A DNA stretch of 64,000 bases from NCBI GenBank assembly GCA_002451695.1, contig DKDC01000001.1, forward strand, positions 19,961-83,960, read 5' to 3'. This stretch comes from Prevotellaceae bacterium UBA6858. Its GTDB lineage: Bacteria; Bacteroidota; Bacteroidia; Bacteroidales; Bacteroidaceae. A program made the translations under genes and the position numbers. This document shows, piece by piece, positions 9,725 to 20,270 of this stretch; the stretch's first letter is position 1; each line of letters opens with the position of its first letter. The notes under the pieces are model-generated. The model ran no database searches, was not told the DNA's origin, and worked only from the letters and a program-made list of their open reading frames with translations.

Positions 9725-12073
9725 ATGAAGAATTTGATTTTAACCTCCTCTCTCGCCATTGCGGCTGCGGCAATTTTGCCCGCGAGCGCCGATGACTCAA
9801 TACGCAGCGAGAAATTGCAGGAAGTGGTGGTGAAAAGTGTGCGCGCACAGAAAAACGCGCCGTTTGCGGTGGCAAACATCAAACAAGCCGAACTCCACAA
9901 CTTTTCAAGGAGCGGCAAGGAACTTCCGTTCCTCTTCGCCAACACTCCGGGCATCACGGCGTGGAGCGAAAACGGTGTGGGCACAGGCACAACCGCAATG
10001 AGAATACGCGGTGCGGCAGGAAGCCGCATCAACGTAACCCTCGATGGCGTGCCTCTCAACTCGCCCGAAGACCAAACCGTGTTCTGGGCAAACATGAACT
10101 CGTACGGCTCGCTCCTCAAATCGGTGCAGATACAGCGCGGAATAGGCACGAGCACAAACGGCGACGGCGCGTTCGGCGGAACAATATCCCTGCTCACAAA
10201 TATGCCGAGCCGTGAGAAAATGCTTGAAGTGACAGGCTCATTCGGAAGCTACAACACATACAATGCCGGCGCGAGCTTCTCTACCGGGTTGCTTTGGAAC
10301 CACCTCATCTTTGACGGCGCGTACCACGAAACAGGCACAGACGGCTTCATACACGGCACTAACGGACGTTCCGGCTCATATTACGGCGGACTGACGTGGT
10401 TTGGCGACAAATTCACGCTGCGCTACAAGAACATTGGCAACTTCGAGAAAACCGGTCAGGCATGGAGCGGCATCACTGCGGGAAACGACGACGCAAGCCT
10501 TATGTTTCAGGGAATACGCTCCTACAAGGATATGTACAAGCACGGCCTTGGCAGGTTCAACTCCCTGTACGAGGGTATGGTTTTCGATTCAGGCAACTGG
10601 ACATTCCCGCAGGACGAAAAAGGGAACTTCCAAACCTACCGCTACAAGCTCGACAACGGCAAATATTGGGACAGGACAACCGACAACTTCTATCAGAACC
10701 ACAACATCCTCTCAGGCACGTGGATGCCAAACGAACACTGGAGCCATAACGCCGCACTCCACTACACCTACGGCTACGGTTATTACCTCGAGTTCCGTCC
10801 CCAGAACAAATTCAAGAAATTCGGACTTACGGCAACCGACGCGGAGGGCAACTCCATCACGAGAGCCGACTTCGTGAGAAAGAAAGGACTTACGCAGAAC
10901 AACTACGGCGCACTCTACAACGTGAACTTCAAGAACGACAAATGGGACGTTATCGGCGGCATGAACATCACGCAGTTCCGCTGCAACCACTTCGGCAAGC
11001 TCAAATACGTTTCAAACGTGGGGCAGGTTGAGAACTTCACAGGCTACAAGTATTACGACTCCGACGCACGCAAGGACGACTACTCCGCATTCGCAAAGGC
11101 TACATACCACGTGTCCGGCTTCCTCGACGTGTTCGGCGACCTGCAATACCGCCACGTGTTCTACAAGACAAGCGGCCTGAACGACAGATTCTACGAGAGC
11201 GACAACAGCAAGCAGTTCCTCGACATTCACAAAAAATATGATTTTTGGAATCCCAAGGCGGGAGTCAGCTTCCACCAAAGCGGACACAACGCATACTTCT
11301 CCGTGGCTTACGCAGGCCGCGAGCCGGAGCGCAACAACTTCACCGACAACGGCAGCTATCCCGCGCCCAAGGCGGAACACATGACCGACTATGAGCTGGG
11401 CTACAACTACGACGGCGGAAACTGGCACGCGGGAGTGAATTTCTATTATATGGACTACAAAGACCAGTTTGTGCAAACCGGCCAGCAGAGCGACATTGGC
11501 GAAAACCTCACGACAAACATAGACAAAAGCTACCGCCAAGGCGTTGAGATTTCGGCAGACTGGAGCCCGCTTTCATGGCTCACCGTTGCCGGCAACGCCG
11601 CACTCTCGCAAAACAAAATCAAGGACTTCACCGAGTATGTGGACAACTGGGACGGCAACGCCGAGACAAAGCATTACGGCAAATCCACCCTCTCGTTCTC
11701 GCCGTCGGTCATCCTGAACGGCTTCCTCAACTTCCACTGCGCCGGCTTCGACGCAACATGGCACACGAACTTTGTGGGACGGCAGTATCTTGACAACACC
11801 GAGAACAAAGACCGCTCGCTGCCCTGCTATTCCCAGACAAACGTGAACATGAACTACACCCTCGACACCAAAAAGCTTTCGCTGGGCGTAAAGCAGGTTG
11901 TGTTCGGCCTCAGCCTCAACAACATTTTCAACCGCCGCTATGCAAGCAGCGGCTGGGTTTACAGCGCGGTGAGCAAAAGCAGCGGCTACGACCTCGACAA
12001 CCGTTACTACCAGCTCGGCTTCATTCCCATGGCGGGCTTCACCGCAATGGGAAACATAACTTTGAGGTTCTGA
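9725..12073 (+). CDS. TonB-dependent outer-membrane receptor (putative thiamin uptake; riboswitch-controlled)
   Basis: Signal peptide present. Plug-domain motifs (VVVKSVRA..., GIT...RIRG, NVTLDGVPLN). C-terminal beta-barrel ends ...GNITLRF. Confidence 0.85.
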   Translation: MKNLILTSSLAIAAAAILPASADDSIRSEKLQEVVVKSVRAQKNAPFAVANIKQAELHNFSRSGKELPFLFANTPGITAWSENGVGTGTTAMRIRGAAGSRINVTLDGVPLNSPEDQTVFWANMNSYGSLLKSVQIQRGIGTSTNGDGAFGGTISLLTNMPSREKMLEVTGSFGSYNTYNAGASFSTGLLWNHLIFDGAYHETGTDGFIHGTNGRSGSYYGGLTWFGDKFTLRYKNIGNFEKTGQAWSGITAGNDDASLMFQGIRSYKDMYKHGLGRFNSLYEGMVFDSGNWTFPQDEKGNFQTYRYKLDNGKYWDRTTDNFYQNHNILSGTWMPNEHWSHNAALHYTYGYGYYLEFRPQNKFKKFGLTATDAEGNSITRADFVRKKGLTQNNYGALYNVNFKNDKWDVIGGMNITQFRCNHFGKLKYVSNVGQVENFTGYKYYDSDARKDDYSAFAKATYHVSGFLDVFGDLQYRHVFYKTSGLNDRFYESDNSKQFLDIHKKYDFWNPKAGVSFHQSGHNAYFSVAYAGREPERNNFTDNGSYPAPKAEHMTDYELGYNYDGGNWHAGVNFYYMDYKDQFVQTGQQSDIGENLTTNIDKSYRQGVEISADWSPLSWLTVAGNAALSQNKIKDFTEYVDNWDGNAETKHYGKSTLSFSPSVILNGFLNFHCAGFDATWHTNFVGRQYLDNTENKDRSLPCYSQTNVNMNYTLDTKKLSLGVKQVVFGLSLNNIFNRRYASSGWVYSAVSKSSGYDLDNRYYQLGFIPMAGFTAMGNITLRF

Positions 12074-12074
12074 C

Positions 12075-12662
12075 ATGGATTTTCTTGCCGCACACTGGCT
12101 TGACATACTCACAACAATCCTCGGGCTTGTTTACATCGCGCTCGAATACCGCGCAAGCATCGCGCTGTGGGTTGTGGGGATAATCATGCCCGCCCTCGAC
12201 ATTTACCTCTACTACAGCCACGGGCTTTACGGCGACGCCGGAATGGCGGTTTACTACACCGTGGCTGCCGTTTACGGTTACGCTGCCTGGAAGTTCGGCA
12301 AGAAAGACGGCGGAAAAGGCGGGGAGATGCCCATAACGCACTTCCCCAAGAAACTTGTCCTTCCGGCGTTCCTGTTCTTCGCCGCAGCCATGTGGGCGAC
12401 CCACTACGTGCTGGCCAACTACACTAACTCCACCGTCCCGGTGCTTGACAGTTTCACCAATGCCCTTAGCTTTGTGGGGCTGTGGGCGTTGGCGCGCAAA
12501 TACATCGAGCAGTGGTTCGTCTGGATTGCGGTTGACATCATCTCGTGCTACCTCTACATCGACAAGGGAATACCTTTCAAGGCCGGGCTTTACGGCCTGT
12601 ATGTTGTGATAGCCGTCATGGGCTACATCAAATGGTGTAAAATGATGCTGGCAAGGCAATGA
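12075..12662 (+). CDS. pnuT: PnuC-family transporter (PnuT-like, putative thiamin transporter)
   Basis: 195-aa polytopic membrane protein with a PnuC-like W-rich helix pattern (WVVGI..., WALARKYIEQWFVWIAVD). Starts 2 nt after the TBDR stop, within the riboswitch operon. Confidence 0.7.
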   Translation: MDFLAAHWLDILTTILGLVYIALEYRASIALWVVGIIMPALDIYLYYSHGLYGDAGMAVYYTVAAVYGYAAWKFGKKDGGKGGEMPITHFPKKLVLPAFLFFAAAMWATHYVLANYTNSTVPVLDSFTNALSFVGLWALARKYIEQWFVWIAVDIISCYLYIDKGIPFKAGLYGLYVVIAVMGYIKWCKMMLARQ

Positions 12663-12663
12663 C

Positions 12664-12703
12664 AAAAAACTCCCCGGCGCAAATGCCGGGGAGTTTTTGT
12701 TTT
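12664..12703. terminator. Bidirectional rho-independent terminator between convergent pnuT and serB
   Basis: Stem ACTCCCCGGC / GCCGGGGAGT flanked by A6 on the left and T5GT4 on the right. Confidence 0.8.
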
Positions 12704-12720
12704 ATTGCGGAACTGTCCCT

Positions 12721-13965
12721 TCAGAGTTTGCCCAGTTCCCCGAGATAGCTGTCCTTGAAGCCGAGGAAATAAAGCACTCCGTCAAGCCCGATGTTGCTTA
12801 TTGCCTGCCGGGCGTTGGCTATCACCTTCGGTTTGGCGTGGAAGGCAATTCCGAGGCCCGCCTCCGAAATCATCGGCAAATCGTTTGCCCCGTCGCCCAC
12901 GGCTATTGTCTGCGCAAGATTTATTTTCTCAACCTGCGCAATGAGCCTGAGCAGCTCCGCCTTCCGTGTGCCGTCAACAATCTCGCCCACATACCGCCCC
13001 GTCAGCTTTCCGTCCTCACCAATTTCAAGTTCGTTGGCATAAACATAGTCTATATTGTATTTGCGTTGCAGGTATTCGCCGAAATAGGTGAACCCGCCGC
13101 TGAGAATGGCGATTTTGTAGCCGCATTTTTTCAGCACCGACATTAGCCTGTCAGTTCCCTCTGTTATAGGCAGGTTTTCGGCAATGTCCCTCATCACTTC
13201 CACGTCAAGCCCTTTGAGCAATGCCACCCTCTGCATGAAGCTCTCCTTGAAGTCAATCTCCCCGCGCATGGCACGCGCCGTGATTTCCGCCACCTTGTCG
13301 CCCACTCCGTTGCGCTTCGCCAGCTCGTCAATGCACTCCGTCTGTATCAGCGTGCTGTCCATGTCGAAGCATATAAGCCTGCGCATACGCCGGTACATAT
13401 CATCGGTCTGGAACGAGAAGTCTATTCCGAACTCGGATGAAAGTTCCATAAGCTCCTTCTGCATTTCGGGATAGTTTCTCGGCGTTCCGCGCAAGGAGAA
13501 CTCTATGCACGCCCTGACGTTGCGCTTGGGGTGCACAATGCTCATGCGCCCGGTGAGGCGCAATATGGAGTCGATGTTCAGCCCCTGCGCCGCAATCACC
13601 TTTGCCGCCGCCGCAATCTGCCGCGCCGAAAGGCTGCGCCCAATAAGCGTGAGGATGTAGCGGTTCTTACCCTGCTGGTTCACCCAAGCCTCGTATTCCT
13701 CGTCGGTAACAGGGTCAAAGCCAATCTGCACATTGAGTTCCGAAGCCTTGAACAGCAGTTCCTTCATCACCTGCCCCGCCGAAACGTCGTCTATCCTTAT
13801 GAGTATTCCGAGCGACAGCGTGCTGTGTATGTCGGCCTGACCTATGTCGAGAATGTTTGCGCCATAGCGCGCAAGAACCTCCATCGCCGATGCCGTGAGC
13901 CCCGGCCGGTCCTTGCCCGTAATCCTTATGAGGATTTGCTCCTCCTTTGTAGATTTGTTCTGCAT
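12721..13965 (-). CDS. serB: Phosphoserine phosphatase SerB with N-terminal ACT domains
   Basis: HAD motifs ICFDMDSTLI and AVGDGANDLPM. ACT-like N-terminus ILIRITGKDRPGLTA. Start moved to MQNKSTKEEQ (13965) because the upstream extension of the ORF has no homology-like features. Confidence 0.85.
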   Translation of the reverse strand: MQNKSTKEEQILIRITGKDRPGLTASAMEVLARYGANILDIGQADIHSTLSLGILIRIDDVSAGQVMKELLFKASELNVQIGFDPVTDEEYEAWVNQQGKNRYILTLIGRSLSARQIAAAAKVIAAQGLNIDSILRLTGRMSIVHPKRNVRACIEFSLRGTPRNYPEMQKELMELSSEFGIDFSFQTDDMYRRMRRLICFDMDSTLIQTECIDELAKRNGVGDKVAEITARAMRGEIDFKESFMQRVALLKGLDVEVMRDIAENLPITEGTDRLMSVLKKCGYKIAILSGGFTYFGEYLQRKYNIDYVYANELEIGEDGKLTGRYVGEIVDGTRKAELLRLIAQVEKINLAQTIAVGDGANDLPMISEAGLGIAFHAKPKVIANARQAISNIGLDGVLYFLGFKDSYLGELGKL

Positions 13966-14192
13966 GATATAATAATATATGCGCGAATTTAGTGTTTTAT
14001 CACAACACAAACAAATAATGCCGCCCCGCCTGCCCGCCGAAAGCAGTCCGGCTTCGCGCCTTTGGCTGTGCTGCGCAAATTCTCCGAGTCCGTTTCCGCC
14101 ACAGGCACGCAAAGCGTCCGATTTTCAAAACAGTTTGATTTTCAAAGCATTAACCCAAAATTATTATCTTGTATATGTTATTGTAGTTCAAC

Positions 14193-14297
14193 CACTTGCA
14201 GCGGCGCAAAAAAGGTCTGATATAATTTTTCCTGCGTCTGATGTAGTTTTTTCCACATAGGACATAGTTTTTGCGGTGTCCTATGCAGTTTTTGCGG
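14193..14297 (+). repeat. Composite intergenic repeat, copy 3 (module A only)
   Basis: CTTGCAGCGGCGCAAAAAAGG plus four exact 21-nt units at 14214-14234, 14235-14255, 14256-14276 and 14277-14297. Confidence 0.9.
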
Positions 14298-14447
14298 CAC
14301 ACACAGACGCGCCCTCTCTTGTAACGCCATTGGCATGGGAAACGCATTTATTATATCGTTTGCGGGGCGTGTTACATCTTTTATATATTGTGCCACAAAT
14401 GAAAAAGAAAAAAGTAGTACTTTTGCACATAATGCGTAATCCGACAG

Positions 14448-14894
14448 GTGATGAAAGCAAGCGAGCAAACTCTGGAACAAATAAAAGGTGTCATATTGCA
14501 GGCAATCGGGGCATTCCCGCCCTCTGACGAAGCAATGCCCATAACCGACATCCTTATACAGGCCAACCCCGACACGGGGGAGATAACCGTAAGCGATGAC
14601 GACAACAACGAGCTTGCCCGCACGGTGGCTGAGGATTTGGCGGAAAACGCGCAAGGCGGCTTTTACGAAGAGCTGCAGCCCGTGCTGCGCCGCTGCATAG
14701 CCTCACTGCACACGCAGTTGCTCAACGCGGGAATAATGAAGCCATACGACATACTGCTCGTGAACGAGGACGGCGAAACCGTGGCAAACCTATATTGCGT
14801 GGAGGCGGACACCGTGGTGCTTGACGAGGACATGATAAGGAAGATTGACGAGGATCTCGACAATTTCCTTGAAAAACTGATGAAGGAGTGGTAA
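14448..14894 (+). CDS. Hypothetical small acidic protein (148 aa)
   Basis: Clean ORF in a coding-like context upstream of coaX. No recognisable motif. Confidence 0.55.
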   Translation: MMKASEQTLEQIKGVILQAIGAFPPSDEAMPITDILIQANPDTGEITVSDDDNNELARTVAEDLAENAQGGFYEELQPVLRRCIASLHTQLLNAGIMKPYDILLVNEDGETVANLYCVEADTVVLDEDMIRKIDEDLDNFLEKLMKEW

Positions 14895-14931
14895 GCCCGC
14901 CAGACAAAAGCATACAGGGACACAGAAAATC

Positions 14932-15663
14932 ATGGAGCTGATTATCGACATAGGGAACTCATCCGCCAAGATAGCCATTTTCGCAGACGGCGGAATAGTG
15001 TTTCAGGACTCATGCCGCAACGACTTTCTGCAGCCTCTCGACAGCATTCTCGGGAAATACCCCATAGACCGCAGCATTGTGTCAACCGTGGCGGGGCTTA
15101 AAGGCAAGGTGGGACCGCAACTGCGCCAGGCCGGGCTTCCCGACATACTGCTCAACGACGCAACCACCCCCGAATACAACAAACGCTACGGCCTGCCATC
15201 GACAATGGGCAGCGACCGCCTGGGGGCCATAGTGGCGGCAAAGACAAAGTTCCCCAACCGCAACATCCTTGTGGTGGACAACGGCAGTTGCATAACATAC
15301 GAGTTCATATCGGCAAGCGGCAAATATCTCGGCGGAAACATATCCCCGGGCATATATATGCGCCTTCAGGCAATGCACACGTGGACCTCGCTGCTGCCCC
15401 TCGTTGACACAGACGGACCTATACCCGAAATCGGCTACGACACCTACACGGCCATGCGCTCGGGAGCGGTGAACGGAGTGAACCACGAAGTGGAGGGGTA
15501 CATAAGGCACACGCTCACAAAGCACCCCGACCTGATTACCATAGTTACCGGCGGGGCGGAGACATACCTGTCGGTGAAAGGGGCGGAGATAATTTTCGAC
15601 AAGCACCTTGTGTTTGAAGGGCTGCGCGAAATACTGCTCAACGGAACTGCGGACAAAATTTGA
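14932..15663 (+). CDS. coaX: Type III pantothenate kinase
   Basis: N-terminal MELIIDIGNSSAKIAIF and ...VVDNGSCITYE..., characteristic of CoaX. Confidence 0.85.
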   Translation: MELIIDIGNSSAKIAIFADGGIVFQDSCRNDFLQPLDSILGKYPIDRSIVSTVAGLKGKVGPQLRQAGLPDILLNDATTPEYNKRYGLPSTMGSDRLGAIVAAKTKFPNRNILVVDNGSCITYEFISASGKYLGGNISPGIYMRLQAMHTWTSLLPLVDTDGPIPEIGYDTYTAMRSGAVNGVNHEVEGYIRHTLTKHPDLITIVTGGAETYLSVKGAEIIFDKHLVFEGLREILLNGTADKI

Positions 15664-15691
15664 AAAAACAGAGACTACACATTCGACAAAT

Positions 15692-17020
15692 ATGAACAAC
15701 AGGACAAAAATACTATCTGGAATTGCGGTTGCCGCCGCAATGTCGCTTCTCCCCATGCAGGCAAACGCGCAAAACGGCACAAACTCGCCCTACTCACGGT
15801 ATGGCTTCGGCACTATCAACGACCGCGCACAGGGTTTCAACAAGGGCATGGCAGGAGTTGCGCAGGGTTTCCGCGACGCCACGGCGGTGAATTTCCAGAA
15901 CCCCGCGTCATACTCCGCAGTTGACTCGCTCACGCTGCTTTTCGACATAGGGGTGTCGCTGCAAAACGCAAACTTCAAGCAGGGAAGCCTGAAGAAAAAC
16001 GCAAAGAACACCGCCGTTGACTACGTGAGCGCACAGTTCAGGGCGTGGCGCAACGTCGGAATGTCGTTCGGGCTTCTGCCGCTCACCTCAATAGGCTACA
16101 GTTTCAAGAACAAGCAGACGCTTGCCGACATTGACGGAAGCGGCGAGAAAACCGAAACCACCTCGTATTCGGGCGACGGCGGGCTGCGCGAAGTTTACCT
16201 CGGTGCGGGCTGGAACGTTTTCAAGGACTTTTCGATAGGCGCGAACGTGGGATTTGTTTGGGGCGACTACAGCCACACCATACAAGCGGCGTTCAGCGAC
16301 AACAACGTGAACCAGTTCCGCCGCGTGTATTCCGCCGACATTTCAACATACAAGATAGACTTCGGCGCACAATACAGCCGCCTCGTCTCAAAGAAAGACC
16401 TCGTAACCCTTGGAGCAAGCTACACTCTGGGGCATCAGATAAATTCCACCGCCATGTTCATGAACCAGATCGCCAACTATTCCGGCTCGGTTTCAACGGG
16501 CGACACGGTCAAGGTGAGGAACGCATTCGACATGCCCCACGCAATTGCCGCCGGAGTGGCGTGGAACCACAACAACAAGTGGAAGGTGGGGCTTGACTAC
16601 TCCATAGAACTGTGGAAAAACGCCAAGTTCCCGCAACTCACCTCAAACAACGGCGAAAACAAATACGTCTCGTCAACAGGCGCGTTTGACAACCGCCAGC
16701 GCGTGTCGCTGGGCGGCGAATACATCCACAACAGCCTCGGAATAAAATACCGCGACCACATACGCTACCGCGCCGGAGTTTCATACGGCACGGCATACGC
16801 CAAAGCCAACGGGCAGGACGGCGCAAAAGACCTTTTGGTAACAGTGGGCGTGGGGCTTCCCATCGCAAACATCATCAACAACCGCTCCACCCTAAACCTT
16901 TCGGCGCAGTGGGAGAACATAAAGCCTAAAGGCCCTGGGGCGATAACCGAGAACTACCTGCGCCTGTGCGTGGGCATCACCTTTAACGAGAAATGGTTCC
17001 AGAAGTGGAAGGCAGAATAA
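15692..17020 (+). CDS. Uncharacterised outer-membrane beta-barrel protein
   Basis: Start chosen at MNNRTKILSGIAVAAAMSLLPMQANAQ (signal peptide). Alternating beta-strand pattern, with aromatic residues near the C-terminus (GITFNEKWF). Confidence 0.65.
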   Translation: MNNRTKILSGIAVAAAMSLLPMQANAQNGTNSPYSRYGFGTINDRAQGFNKGMAGVAQGFRDATAVNFQNPASYSAVDSLTLLFDIGVSLQNANFKQGSLKKNAKNTAVDYVSAQFRAWRNVGMSFGLLPLTSIGYSFKNKQTLADIDGSGEKTETTSYSGDGGLREVYLGAGWNVFKDFSIGANVGFVWGDYSHTIQAAFSDNNVNQFRRVYSADISTYKIDFGAQYSRLVSKKDLVTLGASYTLGHQINSTAMFMNQIANYSGSVSTGDTVKVRNAFDMPHAIAAGVAWNHNNKWKVGLDYSIELWKNAKFPQLTSNNGENKYVSSTGAFDNRQRVSLGGEYIHNSLGIKYRDHIRYRAGVSYGTAYAKANGQDGAKDLLVTVGVGLPIANIINNRSTLNLSAQWENIKPKGPGAITENYLRLCVGITFNEKWFQKWKAE

Positions 17021-17721
17021 AAGCCGCGCTTTTCACCGTGGGTGCCGCAGTCCTCTCAATGGCGTGCAGCCACGACAAAAAGCCAACAGGTCCCGCCCTG
17101 CACAACAGGGACAAACTTCCAATCATGTCAACCACCGGGGTGTCGAAGCTCATATCCGACTCCGGCGTCATAAGATACAAACTTATTGCCGAGGACTGGA
17201 AGGTTTACGACCGCACAAAACCGCAAAAGCAGACTTTCATAAACGGCATCTTCATGGAGAAGTTTGACGAGCGGTTCAAGGTGGCGATGTACCTAACCGC
17301 CGACACGGCATACTGGTACGACCAAAACCTGTGGGAGCTTCGCGGACGGGTTGAGATAAGAAAGGAAAACGGCACGGTGTTCAACACCAACGAACTTTTC
17401 TGGGACATGGGCAAACACATAGTCTATTCAAGCAAACACGTACATATAGTTACGCCGCAACAGGAACTGCAAGGCGTGGGCTTCCGCTCGGACGAGGAAC
17501 TGACGAACTACGAGATAACGAACTCCGCCGGCTCATTCCCGATGCCCGATGACAAGAAGCAGGAAGACACCGTTAAGCGCGAGCCGGACATTTCCGAAAG
17601 CAAGACAATAATCACCGATGCGCCGAAAGACGCAGTGGAGGGAAACGGCGGAGACACCAAAAAGCGCGATTCCAAGACGGACAGCCACAAAAACAAGATT
17701 TTACCTCCAAAAATCAAGTAA
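16993..17721 (+). CDS. lptC: LptC-like periplasmic LPS-export protein (lipoprotein signal)
   Basis: Lipobox LSMAC. The segment ISDSGVIRYKLIAEDWKVYD... resembles the Bacteroidetes LptC family. Start is uncertain (28-nt overlap with the upstream gene). Confidence 0.55.
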   Translation: MVPEVEGRIKAALFTVGAAVLSMACSHDKKPTGPALHNRDKLPIMSTTGVSKLISDSGVIRYKLIAEDWKVYDRTKPQKQTFINGIFMEKFDERFKVAMYLTADTAYWYDQNLWELRGRVEIRKENGTVFNTNELFWDMGKHIVYSSKHVHIVTPQQELQGVGFRSDEELTNYEITNSAGSFPMPDDKKQEDTVKREPDISESKTIITDAPKDAVEGNGGDTKKRDSKTDSHKNKILPPKIK

Positions 17722-17905
17722 CCACAGGCAATGTATGGCATCACCCCGAATTTTTGCGGCGCAAAAAGCCCACAGTTTTACTGATTTTTATATCTTTGCA
17801 CGTATTTAAGTAAAAATCACGCAGGTCTTGTTTGGGCAGACACAGAAGAAACCCCGCCGGCAAGTTCCCGCAAACATTTACAACTGAAATAAAAAATATT
17901 ACATA

Positions 17906-20053
17906 ATGGCAGCAATTCAAACTATTAGGAAATGGGGCGTGGCCCTGTTGGTAGTAATAGGCCTGGGTCTTTTCTCTTTTATAGCGGAAGACTTCTTTCG
18001 CGTTTTCGACACGCTCTTCGGCGAGGACAAACGCCACGTAGGCCAAGTTTACAGCGAAAAACTTGCTATCAACGATTATCAGTCTTTAATTGACGAATAC
18101 ACCGAGGCGATTAAGTTCACTCGCGGGGAAAGCTCGCTGAGCGACGCTGAGCAGAACCAGCTCAAGGATCAGGTTTGGCAGACTTTCGTAAACAACGAGC
18201 TTATCAAGCATGAGGCAGACAAACTCGGCCTCACCGTTACCGACGCCGAGCTTAACAACGTTATAAGCACAGGCACTAACCCCATGCTCATGCAAACGCC
18301 GTTCGTGAACAAGCAGACAGGACGCTTCGACGCAACGCAGCTCAAGCAGTTCCTCGAGCAGTACAACCAGATGCAGACAAAGCCCGACCAGGTTCCGCAG
18401 GAGTACATCGAATACTACCAGCGTCTTTACAAATACTGGGGCTTCATTGAGAAAACACTCCGTTCAACGCTCCTGAACGAGAAATACCAGGCTCTCGTAG
18501 GGCGTTGCATCCTTTCGAACCCCATTTCAGCAAAACTCGCGTTCGAGGGCGTTTCGAGCAAGAGCAGCGCGGTTGTTGCCTCAATCCCCTACACCTCCGT
18601 TCCCGACAACGAGGTCAAGGTTTCGGACGAGGACATAAACAGGCTTTATGCACAATACAAGGAAATGTTCCGCCAGTTCAACGAAAGCCGCGACATCAAG
18701 TACATAAGCGTACAGGTTAAGGCTTCCGCCGGCGACAAGAAAGCCCTCGAAAACGAGATGGAAGGCTACGCCAAAGAGCTTGCAGAGGGAGAGAACATAG
18801 CAGCGACCGTAAGCCAGAGCAGCTCTCTCGTCCCCTACTCCAACGTGCCTTTCTCTAAAACCGCCTTCCCCAACGACATCCAGAGCAAAATCGATTCCCT
18901 GGGCGTTGGCGTTGTCAAAGGCCCGTACTACAACGCATACGACAACACGCAGAACATCCTCAAGCTCGTTGCCGTTGCCGAGCTTCCCGACTCTGTGGAA
19001 TACCGCGCAATCAACTGCGCCGGCACATCGCTTGACGCGGCAAAGACAACAGCCGACAGCGTTGTCAAGGCTATCAGCGGCGGCGCAAAGTTCGAGGACG
19101 TGGCAAAGAAGTACAACCAGCCCGCCCCCAGCGTATGGCTTACGGCAAACCAGTATGAGGGCCAGTCGATCGATGCCGACAACGCAAACTTCATAAACAC
19201 AATCACAACAAGCGCAGTCAACTCCATTCAGAAAATAGAGCTTGCCCAGAACGTTGTTGTGGTGCAGATCACGAAGCGTCAGGCAATGAAGAAGAAATAC
19301 AACCTTGCCGTAATCAAGCGCACCGTTGACTTCAGCAAAGACACCTATTCCAAGGAATACAACAAGTTCAGCCACTTCATTGCAAGCAACTCCACCTTTG
19401 CCCAAATGGAGGCAAACGCAGCCAAGAACGGCTACACCGTGCAGGAGCGCAAAGACCAGTTCTGCAACGAGCACTATGTGGCAAACATTCCCGGAACAAA
19501 AGACGCGCTGCGCTGGCTTTTCGAAGCCAAAGAGGGCGATATGTCGCAACTCTACGAATGCGGCAACAACGACAATATGCTCATTATATATGTAACGGGC
19601 AAACACAAAACCGGCTACCGCCCCGCGTCCGACCCTGAAGTGAAGAAAGCCCTCACGCAGCTCGCTCTCCGCGACAAGAAAGCCGAGAAGCTCATGGCAC
19701 AGCTAAAGGGCAAGGATTTGCAACAGGCTCTGGCACTCCCGGCAGCGTCAAAAGACACCCTCAACAACATTACATTCTCCATGCCCGCGTTCATCGCATC
19801 CACCGGCGGCAACGAGCCGGTTCTTTCCGGCGGCATCTGCTACGGCAAGCCCAACAAGAGCTACGGTCCTGTCAAGGGTAACAACGGCGTGTATATGTTC
19901 CAGGTTTCCGGGCGCACCAAGACGGGCGAGAAGTTCAACGAGAAGATGTACGAGCAGAGCGTGGCGGAAAGCTACCTCCGCAATGTGGGCCAATACACCA
20001 ACGACCTGTATTCAAAGGCCAAGGTTAAGGATCGCCGCTACCTCTACTTCTAA
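17906..20053 (+). CDS. ppiD: PpiD-like periplasmic chaperone / peptidyl-prolyl isomerase (SurA N-domain family)
   Basis: N-terminal membrane anchor, 715 aa, with SurA-like N-domain and parvulin-like region composition typical of PpiD. Confidence 0.7.
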   Translation: MAAIQTIRKWGVALLVVIGLGLFSFIAEDFFRVFDTLFGEDKRHVGQVYSEKLAINDYQSLIDEYTEAIKFTRGESSLSDAEQNQLKDQVWQTFVNNELIKHEADKLGLTVTDAELNNVISTGTNPMLMQTPFVNKQTGRFDATQLKQFLEQYNQMQTKPDQVPQEYIEYYQRLYKYWGFIEKTLRSTLLNEKYQALVGRCILSNPISAKLAFEGVSSKSSAVVASIPYTSVPDNEVKVSDEDINRLYAQYKEMFRQFNESRDIKYISVQVKASAGDKKALENEMEGYAKELAEGENIAATVSQSSSLVPYSNVPFSKTAFPNDIQSKIDSLGVGVVKGPYYNAYDNTQNILKLVAVAELPDSVEYRAINCAGTSLDAAKTTADSVVKAISGGAKFEDVAKKYNQPAPSVWLTANQYEGQSIDADNANFINTITTSAVNSIQKIELAQNVVVVQITKRQAMKKKYNLAVIKRTVDFSKDTYSKEYNKFSHFIASNSTFAQMEANAAKNGYTVQERKDQFCNEHYVANIPGTKDALRWLFEAKEGDMSQLYECGNNDNMLIIYVTGKHKTGYRPASDPEVKKALTQLALRDKKAEKLMAQLKGKDLQQALALPAASKDTLNNITFSMPAFIASTGGNEPVLSGGICYGKPNKSYGPVKGNNGVYMFQVSGRTKTGEKFNEKMYEQSVAESYLRNVGQYTNDLYSKAKVKDRRYLYF

Positions 20054-20121
20054 ACAGCGCAAGACATAAGAAACAACCAGGGTGCATCATTAACTCCGAC
20101 AGTCCCTGTTTATTACAAAAA

Positions 20122-20162
20122 ACTCGCGGTTTGGGCAAATTTCCCAAGCCGCGAGTTTTTTC
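20122..20162 (+). terminator. Rho-independent terminator after ppiD-like gene
   Basis: Stem ACTCGCGGTTTGGG / CCCAAGCCGCGAGT followed by T7. Confidence 0.8.
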
Positions 20163-20270
20163 TTGCATTCACACCGCCGCACGGCGAAGCCGTCATTATT
20201 CCGCAACTATTTGGTTCACAGAAAATTAGCCTCTTACAGGAACAGCCGAATAAGTATCTGAATTTCAGAT

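Noticed and set aside
14214-14297. Tandem 21-bp units considered as a miniature CRISPR array.
   Set aside because: The units are contiguous with no unique spacers, only four per locus, far shorter than CRISPR repeats, and the same array recurs at many loci. There are no cas genes in the window.
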